From contig CAZLCD010000003.1 in assembly GCA_964558375.1 (NCBI GenBank), positions 155 through 64,154 on the forward strand: a stretch of 64,000 bases of DNA, written 5' to 3'. The first letter of the stretch is position 1. The number at the start of each line of letters is the position of its first letter. This document shows, piece after piece, positions 48,903-59,956 of this stretch. The position numbers and the translations under genes were made by a program. The stretch is from an uncultured Candidatus Saccharibacteria bacterium (GTDB lineage: Bacteria; Patescibacteriota; Minisyncoccia; Phycocordibacterales; PALSA-1337). Under the pieces are notes generated by a model. The model was not told where the DNA came from, did no database searches, and was given only the letters and a program-made list of their open reading frames with translations.

Positions 48903-50187
48903 TTTGCTGTTGTTTTCGATCTTTCTTAACTATATAGAACCAGATAAACACAGATATTGTAGCTGTAGCTACTAGTAATGTCATTCTTCCGTATACCACA
49001 CTGGTCACTCCTAATTTCTGGATGAAAGAGAAGATGAATATTGTTGATAGGAGACTAGGTATATTCCATAGGTATAACATCTTCTTAGGTAGATAATTTA
49101 CTTTTGAATTTATAGCAGGACTTAACATGGTCAAAGGCATAGATATTAGTATTGTAAGGGCATATATTCTAGATATTCCTACAGATGAAAGATATGCTGG
49201 GAAGAATATCTTAAATATTAGGGGAGCGAATATAATGTAAAGTATTACTATGCCTATAGAGATAATGAATATCATAAATATTCTCTTATATAGAAGTTTG
49301 CCTATATCAGCGATTGGACGTGCTGCCATTTTAGGCATTGCTAGAGTCGGTATATTTCTAAACAGACTTACCATTTGGGTTACTGGCGCTATAGCAAAAC
49401 TATATATTGCTAGTTCTATAGATCCTAAGTAATGAAAGATTAGAATTGAATCTAAAGATCCTATTAAAGTTGCAATAACATCGATAAAGCTCGAATGCTT
49501 ACCCATAGGTATTGTTGCAGGATCAATCCTATCATTAGGGGGGTATCTCTTTATAGTTCTAAAGAAAAATAAAATTCTAATCAGTGTCCATGAGGATAAA
49601 TATACAACTAATATTATGTATATGTTACTTGTTACAAATACAGTAGCTATCATTAATGAACTAGCAATCAATTGACTCAAAGTTATATATCTCGAAGATA
49701 TATCAAATATTTTCTTTCCCTGAAGATAGTCTTGGTAGAGATGGAAAGAATCCATAAATGGAATGAATAGTGAGGCTATTAGGAATACAATAGCTAGCTC
49801 AATGTTTCCATTTGAGTAGTAATAGATTGATACTCCAACACTGACAATTGATCCAACTACACCCCAAGTTATTTTTGTCTTCAATCCTTTTATCAACGAT
49901 CCTTCCAAACCTCTCGCTACGGCCTGAGATATCATGGAACCCATCCCTGTCAGAGTTGTTATTGAAAGTATCCCAAGTATCGATAGGAAGTATTTGTATA
50001 CTCCATATGTATGTGCAGGTATATGGCTAGCAAACACTATGGCAGTCACAAATACCATTGCAGAAGCTGATATATTACTTATAGTAAGCCAAAAACCACC
50101 CCTCGCAAGGTATACCATATCTGTCTTAGTGTATTTCTCACTCGATCTCAATATTAAGTACGTTCTCTGTTTAAGGTGGTGGAACAT
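48871..50187 (-). CDS. Wzx-like oligosaccharide flippase (MOP family)
   Basis: About 12 TM helices; YGVYKY, LD..LIFHYLG..LAIYSFA; located at the end of a glycan locus. Confidence 0.85.
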   Translation of the reverse strand: MFHHLKQRTYLILRSSEKYTKTDMVYLARGGFWLTISNISASAMVFVTAIVFASHIPAHTYGVYKYFLSILGILSITTLTGMGSMISQAVARGLEGSLIKGLKTKITWGVVGSIVSVGVSIYYYSNGNIELAIVFLIASLFIPFMDSFHLYQDYLQGKKIFDISSRYITLSQLIASSLMIATVFVTSNIYIILVVYLSSWTLIRILFFFRTIKRYPPNDRIDPATIPMGKHSSFIDVIATLIGSLDSILIFHYLGSIELAIYSFAIAPVTQMVSLFRNIPTLAMPKMAARPIADIGKLLYKRIFMIFIISIGIVILYIIFAPLIFKIFFPAYLSSVGISRIYALTILISMPLTMLSPAINSKVNYLPKKMLYLWNIPSLLSTIFIFSFIQKLGVTSVVYGRMTLLVATATISVFIWFYIVKKDRKQQQTISDTKTGSL

Positions 50188-50289
50188 ATATACTCATCAC
50201 TATATCTAAAAAAAGGGTACTAAGCTAGTCTGGAATGGTCTAATGTCGAATTAACATTTAAATAGAATAATGCTATCATCTCTCTACAT

Positions 50290-52581
50290 ATGAAAAATAC
50301 CACAAATACAATTATTAAATACAGCATATTTACAATCATTTTTATAATTTCTTTCCTCCCCCTTTACGTCGCCAACCCATTATTCTTTCCGTTCATCACT
50401 GGCAAGGCTTTCGTCTTTAGAATACTAGTAGAACTAGCTTTCGCTCTGTGGCTCATACTTCTTATACGTGAAAAGGGAACTACGGTCGCTGGTACTGAGA
50501 GAAGTGTGGCACCAAGGATAAATGCTATCACTATAGCCATAACAGCTTTCGTTTCAATTATCTTTGTCGCCGACCTCCTAGGTCTAAATGTCTTGCGAAG
50601 CTTCTGGTCAAACTTCGAGAGAATGGAAGGATGGATAACCCTAGTACATCTTTGGGGATATTTCATTGTTCTATCTAGTATTTTTGGCTCCAGTTACTTT
50701 TCGGGCTCCACTGAAAATTCCGAAGCTCATAAAAATTGGCATCGATTCTTCAATGTGGTGCTTATCGCTGGCTTTATCACGGCTATGTACGGCCTATTCC
50801 AATTCTTCGGTTGGGCAGACATTCATCAGGGCTCTAGTCGTGTAGATGCCTCACTAGGAAACTCAGCTTATATGGCGGTTTATATGATCATAAACGCATT
50901 TCTAGCAGGGTATATGGCTTTCGATGCTTATATAAAAAGGTTAAAGTTTTCACTGCTATTCTTTATCTACTCTATCCTTGCCATTTTCTTCTCCTTCATA
51001 ATGTTCCAGACAGCAACTAGAGGAACTATCCTAGGTTGGGTTGCAGCTATCCTCGTTTCTCTGGCTATTTATGCGGTTTTTGGTAAAAATAAAAAGGGCG
51101 GCGTTTCCACAAAATCAAGACTTATAGCTTCAGGTGCAATAGTTCTGGTTTTGCTTATCGGAACCCTCTTCTATTTTAATAGAGATGCGCAGTGGATAAA
51201 GAACAATCAGGTATTAGGACGTATCGCAACCATATCTATTTCCGATACCAAGACTCAAGCTCGAGGATTCATCTGGCCTATGGCACTCAAAGGTGTATTT
51301 GAAAGTCCAAAAACCGCGATCATAGGTGTAGGTCAAGAAAACTTCAATTATATTTTTAACAAAAACTATGATCCGAAGATGTGGGCACATGAACAATGGT
51401 TCGATAGGGCACACAGTGTCTTTATCGACTGGCTTGTAGCTGGAGGGCTCATAGGATTTATATCGTACCTTGCTCTCTATCTCTTTGCTCTTATCTATAT
51501 TATCAAAAGTCACTTGCATATTGGTCAAAAATCAATACTCATAGGACTTTTGGTTGGTTATGGAATACATAACATTTTCGTTTTCGACAATCAGACTAGC
51601 TATATAATGTTCTTCATAGTTTTGGCTTTCATACATTCTTTTGTGCCTGGTAAGGTTCCAAAGTTCTTACACGATACCAAGTCTCATGTTTCAGAGGATT
51701 ATATAACAGTAAGAGATTATATATTTGTGCCAGCTATCATTATCCTTTTGGGTTGTTCACTATATTTTATCAATATTCGTCCAATACAGGCTAATACCGG
51801 ACTTATAGCCGCTCTACGTTCTTGTTCAGATGCCAAAACCTTGTCTACAAAGACTTTTGAAAAAGTATTTGCTCTAGATCAAACCGTAGCCAATCAAGAA
51901 ACCTTAGAACAGCTCTATTCTTGCTCTGGCAATGTACTACGTAGCCAATTGCCACAAGAAAAGAAAATCGAATTCTACAATTTAACTAAGGCAGAAATAG
52001 AAAAACAGGCCTCAACTACTCCAAACGACGCTCGACTATATATTCTCGCTGGAAACTTCTTTGATTCTATAGGAGATTGGTCCACAGGTACTGCATATTT
52101 AGAAAAAGCTCATAAACTCTCTCCAACCAAGCAAAGCATAGCTTCAGAGCTCGCGCTCAACTACTTAAATATAGGGAAAACAAAAGAATCCATAGAAATA
52201 ATGGAGCAGGCTTACAATTCTGATACAGAGAATTACAATGCTCGAACTTCATATATCGTAACCCTGATCTATACAGGAGAAGAAAAGAAAGCTATAGAAC
52301 TATTTGGTAAAAATCTAGAATATTTCGAAAATGAGCAAGTGATCAATGCCTATGTGACTTTGAAACAATACGATAAAGCGATAGCTCTATACAAATCAAT
52401 CATGTTAAAGAATCCAAATGAACAGAAGAATTATTCTGCCCTAGCTTCTATCTACCTTATGAATGGTCAAAAGGCAAAAGCAATTGAGACTATAAAAATC
52501 GCTGGGGATAAGTTTCCAGAAATCAAAAAGCAAGCAGATGCGATAATCAAGCAGATCGAGGAGGGGAAGGTAGGGAATTAA
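50290..52581 (+). CDS. O-antigen ligase / O-oligosaccharyltransferase-like membrane protein with C-terminal TPR repeats
   Basis: RVDASLGNSAY, TATRG, R..IW, G.GQENF, DRAHS..DWLVAGGLIG; helical TPR-like C-terminus. Confidence 0.85.
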   Translation: MKNTTNTIIKYSIFTIIFIISFLPLYVANPLFFPFITGKAFVFRILVELAFALWLILLIREKGTTVAGTERSVAPRINAITIAITAFVSIIFVADLLGLNVLRSFWSNFERMEGWITLVHLWGYFIVLSSIFGSSYFSGSTENSEAHKNWHRFFNVVLIAGFITAMYGLFQFFGWADIHQGSSRVDASLGNSAYMAVYMIINAFLAGYMAFDAYIKRLKFSLLFFIYSILAIFFSFIMFQTATRGTILGWVAAILVSLAIYAVFGKNKKGGVSTKSRLIASGAIVLVLLIGTLFYFNRDAQWIKNNQVLGRIATISISDTKTQARGFIWPMALKGVFESPKTAIIGVGQENFNYIFNKNYDPKMWAHEQWFDRAHSVFIDWLVAGGLIGFISYLALYLFALIYIIKSHLHIGQKSILIGLLVGYGIHNIFVFDNQTSYIMFFIVLAFIHSFVPGKVPKFLHDTKSHVSEDYITVRDYIFVPAIIILLGCSLYFINIRPIQANTGLIAALRSCSDAKTLSTKTFEKVFALDQTVANQETLEQLYSCSGNVLRSQLPQEKKIEFYNLTKAEIEKQASTTPNDARLYILAGNFFDSIGDWSTGTAYLEKAHKLSPTKQSIASELALNYLNIGKTKESIEIMEQAYNSDTENYNARTSYIVTLIYTGEEKKAIELFGKNLEYFENEQVINAYVTLKQYDKAIALYKSIMLKNPNEQKNYSALASIYLMNGQKAKAIETIKIAGDKFPEIKKQADAIIKQIEEGKVGN

Positions 52582-52588
52582 AATATAG

Positions 52589-52635
52589 TTATCCACATAC
52601 CCCCTTGAACTTATTTGCCTGAGCTTTGCTATACT
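52589..52635 (+). promoter_or_regulatory. DnaA-box consensus plus extended -10 promoter of the first pilin
   Basis: TTATCCACA 52589-52597; TGCTATACT 52627-52635. Confidence 0.5.
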
Positions 52636-52682
52636 TATGGCATAAGTTTAATTATTAAGTTTTTATAAGTTAATTTATTCGT

Positions 52683-53144
52683 ATGAAGAAAACATATTTA
52701 GAAAAAGGTTTTACATTGATTGAATTGCTAGTGGTTATTGCTATTATCGGTATTTTGTCATCAGTGGTGTTGGCGAGTTTGAACACAGCTCGAAATAAGG
52801 GTGCAGATGCTGCAGTAAAAGCAAACTTGTCTGGTATTAGATCACAGGCAGAGTTGATTTATGATACTGCTGTTCCAAATTCTTACGCAACTATCTGTAC
52901 AGATACAAATGTTGTTAATGCAATAAATGCTGCAAAGACAGCTGCTGGAGTTTCATCTGCTACCAATGTTACTTATGGTACAGCTGGTGGTGCAGCTACA
53001 GCTACTTGTCATGCTAACGGTGCAACCGGATGGGCTGTAGAAGTTCCATTAAAGTCCGCAGGATTCTTCTGTGTAAACAATTCTGGTACATCTTCAACAA
53101 CAGCTGCAAGTACTCTTGGTGCTAGTGAAACAGATTGTAACTAG
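52683..53144 (+). CDS. Type IV pilin (probable major pilin)
   Basis: KG/FTLIELLVVIAIIGILSSVVL prepilin motif; Ala/Thr/Ser-rich; 4 Cys. Confidence 0.93.
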   Translation: MKKTYLEKGFTLIELLVVIAIIGILSSVVLASLNTARNKGADAAVKANLSGIRSQAELIYDTAVPNSYATICTDTNVVNAINAAKTAAGVSSATNVTYGTAGGAATATCHANGATGWAVEVPLKSAGFFCVNNSGTSSTTAASTLGASETDCN

Positions 53145-53170
53145 TGTATATTGTTTGGTTGGTTTGATTT

Positions 53171-53203
53171 AAAAAAACTACGTAGAATATACGTGGTTTT
53201 TTT
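53171..53203. terminator. Intrinsic terminator after pilin 1
   Basis: A7-CTACGTA-GAATA-TACGTGG-T7. Confidence 0.7.
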
Positions 53204-53253
53204 GTTGACTTATTAGATTGTTATATAATTATATTAAGTTTATAATATATAAT

Positions 53254-53742
53254 ATGAAAAAAATAAATAAAGGTTTTACATTAATAGAATTGCTAGTAGT
53301 TATTGCTATAATAGGAATATTATCATCTGTTGTATTATCGAGTCTAAGTACTGCTCGTGTTAAAGGTAGGTCTGCAGCACTTAAGGCAGAAATGGATAGT
53401 TTTAAGAAAACAGCTCAACTTTTCTATGATGATAATAACAATTCATATACAGGAATGTTTTCAAATGATCCTACTATTTTAGCACTGGTAGCTACAACAA
53501 CCACAGATGTTGCAATTCAGAATATATTAATATCTCTAGAACAGAAGTCAGGTAATTTTGCTCTGTATGGTCTTGTGTCTGATAATGCTTACGCACTATA
53601 TACAAGGTTACCAAGTGCAACCAATCTTGACAGTCTTGATCCTGTAGATATTTGGTGTATTGACAGTGAGGGAAAGTCTGGAAATCCTAGTTCAGTAGCT
53701 GTAGATCAATTTACCACTACTCCAGCCAGTGTTTGTTGGTAA
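53254..53742 (+). CDS. Type IV pilin
   Basis: KG/FTLIELLVVIAIIGILSSVVL; WCIDSEG; start moved to ATG 53254. Confidence 0.92.
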   Translation: MKKINKGFTLIELLVVIAIIGILSSVVLSSLSTARVKGRSAALKAEMDSFKKTAQLFYDDNNNSYTGMFSNDPTILALVATTTTDVAIQNILISLEQKSGNFALYGLVSDNAYALYTRLPSATNLDSLDPVDIWCIDSEGKSGNPSSVAVDQFTTTPASVCW

Positions 53743-53770
53743 AGGATAAACAATTCTCCAATTACATTAC

Positions 53771-53797
53771 AAAATCCTTCGAAAGAGAGGGATTTTT
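53771..53797 (+). terminator. Intrinsic terminator after pilin 2
   Basis: AAAATCCTTC-GAAAGA-GAGGGATTTTT. Confidence 0.65.
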
Positions 53798-53900
53798 GGT
53801 ATTAGGTGTAATCTTTACCAAATCTTTATTATTTTTTAATCTTTCCCCCAATCCCCAACTCTCTATACACCAAAGCATTTTTTACTGCTATAATTAGCCT

Positions 53901-54410
53901 ATGAAAAATACTAAAAAAGGATTTACTTTAATTGAGCTTATGGTTTCGATTGCGATTATAGGAATTTTGACTGCCATTATCACCACCAACTTTACTTCAA
54001 GCAAAGCCAAATCAAGAGATGCAAAGAGAGTTTCAGATCTTGCGCAGATACAGCTGGCGTTGTCTCTATATTTTGATAAATTTAATTCTTATCCAGGTGT
54101 AGGTACTGGTCTTGAAGCTGGTGGTGTAACAAGCGGGGCAACTTCTCCTTACAACAGTATTCCTTTTAGTAACTACATTGCTGTGATACCAAAAGATCCA
54201 AATGGAACTGTGTATTCGTATGTGGTAGATGGATCTAAAACAGACTATATTTTGAGGGCCACTTTAGAAACCAACTCCACAGCTCTTAGTGATGATATTG
54301 ATAATACAAATAGACCATCGTGGGCAACAACTGTTTCCTTTGGTGGAGGTAGTGGAATACCTTGCGATGATACTTCTACACCGCTTTACTATTGCGTATC
54401 CCCAAGATAA
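53901..54410 (+). CDS. Type IV pilin / GspG-like pseudopilin
   Basis: KG/FTLIELMV, RDAKRVSDL, IPKDP, YILRATLE. Confidence 0.9.
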   Translation: MKNTKKGFTLIELMVSIAIIGILTAIITTNFTSSKAKSRDAKRVSDLAQIQLALSLYFDKFNSYPGVGTGLEAGGVTSGATSPYNSIPFSNYIAVIPKDPNGTVYSYVVDGSKTDYILRATLETNSTALSDDIDNTNRPSWATTVSFGGGSGIPCDDTSTPLYYCVSPR

Positions 54411-55186
54411 TGCCAAGTATATTTTTAATTTTTTCATTTGCACTCGGAACCATCATAGGAAGCTTTTTAAATGTTGTAGCTTTTAGATACAACACCGGCA
54501 TGACCTTGAACGGTCGATCAAAATGCTTTTCTTGTGGACATGGTTTGCATTGGCATGAACTTATCCCTATCTTTAGTTTCTTTTTGCAAAAAGGTAAATG
54601 TAAAAAGTGCAAAAGTAAAATCTCTTGGCAATATCCACTGATCGAGGTTACAGCCGGACTTATATTCCTGATGATCTTTTTTTATTTTCCACCAGTATCA
54701 GTACAAGCAAGTGTTGATACTATCTTCTATCTACTCATAACTTGTATACTTCTAGTAATAACGGTTTACGATATAAAACATAAGATCATTCCAGATCCAC
54801 TAGTCTATACTTTTGCGATTGTAGCTTTTGCCAAACTTTTCATCTCTCCAGAATTTTCTTTTGTCATACCAGAGACCATGGCTATGCTAGCAGGACCGAT
54901 ACTGGCCCTACCTTTCGCTTTGATGTGGCTTCTTTCAAAGGGAACTTGGATGGGCTTTGGGGATGCCAAGCTTGTTTTGGGTATAGGCTTTGTTTTGGGA
55001 CTTATGCCGGGACTTTCGGCTATAGTACTAGCTTTTTGGATAGGGGCAGTGGCTAGTGTTTTGTGGATGTATATAGTTATGAGAAAGTTTAAGTCTCATT
55101 ATGAAATACCTTTTGGGCCGTATCTTATCCTTGGAATGTATCTAGTTTTATTTTTTGGAATAAATGTTATTGATTTTACAATATGA
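54410..55186 (+). CDS. pilD: Prepilin peptidase
   Basis: GSFLNVV, RSKCFSC, GKCKKC, YD..HKIIPD, MGFGDAKL, IPFGPYL; TAATG coupling to upstream pilin. Confidence 0.95.
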   Translation: MPSIFLIFSFALGTIIGSFLNVVAFRYNTGMTLNGRSKCFSCGHGLHWHELIPIFSFFLQKGKCKKCKSKISWQYPLIEVTAGLIFLMIFFYFPPVSVQASVDTIFYLLITCILLVITVYDIKHKIIPDPLVYTFAIVAFAKLFISPEFSFVIPETMAMLAGPILALPFALMWLLSKGTWMGFGDAKLVLGIGFVLGLMPGLSAIVLAFWIGAVASVLWMYIVMRKFKSHYEIPFGPYLILGMYLVLFFGINVIDFTI

Positions 55187-55803
55187 GAAAAAATAGATTT
55201 TTAAAATTTAAAGGCGGCTTCACTATCATAGAGCTTATGATCTGTGTTTTTATCTTTGCTATGATGACGACTTTGCTTCTTGCAAAATACGGTTCTTTCA
55301 ATACAAATGTCTTACTTACAAACCTCGCTTATGATGTGGCTCTTACCATACGTAATGCTCAATCATACGGGCTCAATGTAAAGAGTTCACCCAATGAAGA
55401 AAATAAATTCAACTATGCCTACGGAGTACATATTGCATTGGGTACAGAATTTATCTTTTTTGTGGATACAACTCCCAATGGTCTATATGATGCTAATCTA
55501 GGAGAAAAAATTACTTCTACAACTATCAAAAGGGGAATGAGTATAGGTAGAATATGTCCTGGTAGTGCAATATGTTCTTCTTTAAATAGTTATACAGGAG
55601 CTGATAGTATGGATATAACTTATAAAAGACCAAATCCAGAAGCTATTATAAAGTCAACTACTGGCGGTGTGACGATTACTCAAACTTCTTTTTCTTCTTC
55701 ATTTGCTCTTAGAAATAGTTTAAGTACCACATTTCCTGATCTACTTAACTCTATAGATATAGTGGTTAATAAAAATGGCGCAATTTCCATTAAGAAAAAA
55801 TAA
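55183..55803 (+). CDS. Minor pilin (FimT/GspH-like)
   Basis: GG/FTIIELM prepilin motif, IRNAQ, YGVH. Confidence 0.82.
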   Translation: MRKNRFLKFKGGFTIIELMICVFIFAMMTTLLLAKYGSFNTNVLLTNLAYDVALTIRNAQSYGLNVKSSPNEENKFNYAYGVHIALGTEFIFFVDTTPNGLYDANLGEKITSTTIKRGMSIGRICPGSAICSSLNSYTGADSMDITYKRPNPEAIIKSTTGGVTITQTSFSSSFALRNSLSTTFPDLLNSIDIVVNKNGAISIKKK

Positions 55804-55804
55804 T

Positions 55805-56473
55805 ATGAAATATATTTCTCAAAAAAAAGGATTTACTTTGGTGGAAATGATAGTATCATTGGCTGTCTTTATGGTTGTTGCAGTTATTGCTGTCGGTGCT
55901 CTTTTAAAAATAACCGATGCTAATAGGAAGTCTCAGGCTTTAAAAACTGCTATCAACAATATAAATTATGCTTTAGATGCTATGTCTCGAGAGATGAGAA
56001 CGGGGAAGAATATGGTGCTTTATACTAATCCACTGGGTACTCCATATGAACTTCACGGTGGCTCAAATCAGTATGCTGATGGTAATAATACAGGTCTAGA
56101 TGATGAATGGGTAATGGTTTTTGAATCTACAAAAAGTCCTGCTGGGGGAACTTGTAAATTGAAAATTGGGTATAAATTTGCATCATATACAACTAATAAT
56201 GATACCTCTAACAAACACACTATTCAAAAAGCTGAGCAGCCTTTAACAGATTCTGATTGTGATGGTCAATTGGGTGATACTCTTGGTTCTGGACCGGAAT
56301 ACGACTTCGTCGACATCCTCTCTCCTGATGTTCAAATCACCAATTCCATTGTCGATGTGGATACTAGCGGAGGTCATGGCAAGGCTTCTTTCTGGTTCAA
56401 GGGCTACGCAGGTAAAACTTCGAAGGATAGAACAGACTTCGAAATACAAACAACGGTTTCTCAAAGAAATTAA
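55805..56473 (+). CDS. Minor pilin (PilW/GspJ-like)
   Basis: KG/FTLVEMIV, MSREMRTG, IQTTVSQRN. Confidence 0.82.
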   Translation: MKYISQKKGFTLVEMIVSLAVFMVVAVIAVGALLKITDANRKSQALKTAINNINYALDAMSREMRTGKNMVLYTNPLGTPYELHGGSNQYADGNNTGLDDEWVMVFESTKSPAGGTCKLKIGYKFASYTTNNDTSNKHTIQKAEQPLTDSDCDGQLGDTLGSGPEYDFVDILSPDVQITNSIVDVDTSGGHGKASFWFKGYAGKTSKDRTDFEIQTTVSQRN

Positions 56474-56480
56474 AAAATTT

Positions 56481-57044
56481 ATGTCACTATTTAACTTAAA
56501 AAATAATTCGCAAAATAAAGGTCTTAGAGGCTTCACTTTGGTCGAGACCTTAGTGGCGATTGCTATACTCATGATAGCTATAGCCGGACCGCTTACTATT
56601 GCGAGCAAGGGTCTCACTGCTGCGACTTATGCCAAGAATCAAGTGATAGCATCTTTCCTTGCGCAGGATTTGATCGAATATGTCAAAAGCCAGGAGGTCA
56701 ATCTGGGATTCGATAACTTTCTCTCGCAGTTTGATGAGGGAAGTATAGCCTGTACCTTTGAAGCAGATGAGTGTAATATCGACACTACAGATAGTGCCGC
56801 GAATCTCGATAGAGACAATGACGGACAACTCTACTTTTCTCCTGCCGGGGGTTATAGACCATCCGCTAGTGGCGCCACAATATCTCCTTTCCGTAGAATA
56901 TTTTTTATAAGCAATCCAGACGGCTCTACCCTCACAGATCTAAATACCGATCAGATAAAGATCACGGTAAAGATTTTTTGGAGTACAGGAATACTCGACA
57001 ATGAGCTGGTTTTCGAAAGTTATTTATTTGATGTATTGAAATAG
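56481..57044 (+). CDS. Minor pilin (PilV/GspI-like)
   Basis: RG/FTLVETLVAIAIL, A.FLAQD.IEYVK; start moved to ATG 56481. Confidence 0.82.
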   Translation: MSLFNLKNNSQNKGLRGFTLVETLVAIAILMIAIAGPLTIASKGLTAATYAKNQVIASFLAQDLIEYVKSQEVNLGFDNFLSQFDEGSIACTFEADECNIDTTDSAANLDRDNDGQLYFSPAGGYRPSASGATISPFRRIFFISNPDGSTLTDLNTDQIKITVKIFWSTGILDNELVFESYLFDVLK

Positions 57045-57047
57045 AGT

Positions 57048-57581
57048 ATGAAAATGATTAAATTTAATTTAAAAACAATGATGAATAAAGGCTATACACT
57101 TCTTTTTGCGGTTCTAGTTTCATCTATTGTCTTGTCTATCGGTATTTCTATTTTGACAATTAGTAAAAAAGAAGTTTTGCTCGCTTCATCCGCTAGAGAC
57201 TCCATGCTCGCCTTCTATTCTGCAGATAGTGGAATGGAATGTGTGAGATATTGGGATGTGAGAGGTACCATTTCTTCAAGTACCGCATCCGCACCTCAAT
57301 CTTGCGCTGATACTGCTGATCTTCAGCTCGATAGTGCTGGCTTTCACGAATATACTTCAAAGGTCTGGACTGCTTCTTCCTCTCTCAAGCTTGGTAATAG
57401 TGGACAATGTGCTGTAGTTACAGTTCAGAAGACCTATGGTGCCGACGCTGCTCTGGGACGACAGACTATAAAGACAACTATAGACTCCAGAGGCTACAAT
57501 ATAGGCTGGGACAATGCTACTTCCAAATGCAATACTCCAAGTCCTCGCAGAGTAGAACGTGGCTTGAGATTGGTCTATTAA
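57048..57581 (+). CDS. Minor pilin (PilX/GspK-like)
   Basis: KG/YTLLFAVL lacking Glu5, AFYSADSGMEC, IDSRG, RVERGL. Confidence 0.8.
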   Translation: MKMIKFNLKTMMNKGYTLLFAVLVSSIVLSIGISILTISKKEVLLASSARDSMLAFYSADSGMECVRYWDVRGTISSSTASAPQSCADTADLQLDSAGFHEYTSKVWTASSSLKLGNSGQCAVVTVQKTYGADAALGRQTIKTTIDSRGYNIGWDNATSKCNTPSPRRVERGLRLVY

Positions 57582-57585
57582 ATGA

Positions 57586-59619
<2,034 letters not shown>

Positions 59620-59644
59620 TGGGGTTTATGATAAAATCAATTTT

Positions 59645-59938
59645 ATGATCACATCTACCGAAATAGAAAAATTGGCAAACCTTGCGCGTATCAAGCTTGC
59701 TCCAGAGGAAAAAGAAGGTCTGACCAAGGAGATTGGTTCTATTTTGACTTATATTGATGAAATAAAAAAAGCAACGATAGGTTCAGACTATACGCCTTTA
59801 GCTGGGTCTTTGAGAAACGTTTTTAGAGAAGATATTGCTAAACCTATTTTACCAGAAGATAAAGATAGAATTTTAAACGAAGCTCCGGATCGCGAAGGAG
59901 ATTTTATTGCTGTTAAGAAAATAATCGCTCAAGATTAA
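59645..59938 (+). CDS. gatC: Asp/Glu-tRNA amidotransferase subunit C
   Basis: IEKLANLARI, NVFRED, EAPD; directly upstream of gatA. Confidence 0.92.
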   Translation: MITSTEIEKLANLARIKLAPEEKEGLTKEIGSILTYIDEIKKATIGSDYTPLAGSLRNVFREDIAKPILPEDKDRILNEAPDREGDFIAVKKIIAQD

Positions 59939-59956
59939 AAAATTAAAATTATACCC

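Noticed and set aside
52683-53742. Pilin antigenic-variation cassettes or shufflon
   Set aside because: The shared N-termini differ at many synonymous positions, both genes are complete, and no recombinase or crossover repeats are present.
56259-56480. Long N-terminal extension of the PilV-like ORF
   Set aside because: It overlaps the upstream pilin gene; the prepilin motif supports a start at 56481.
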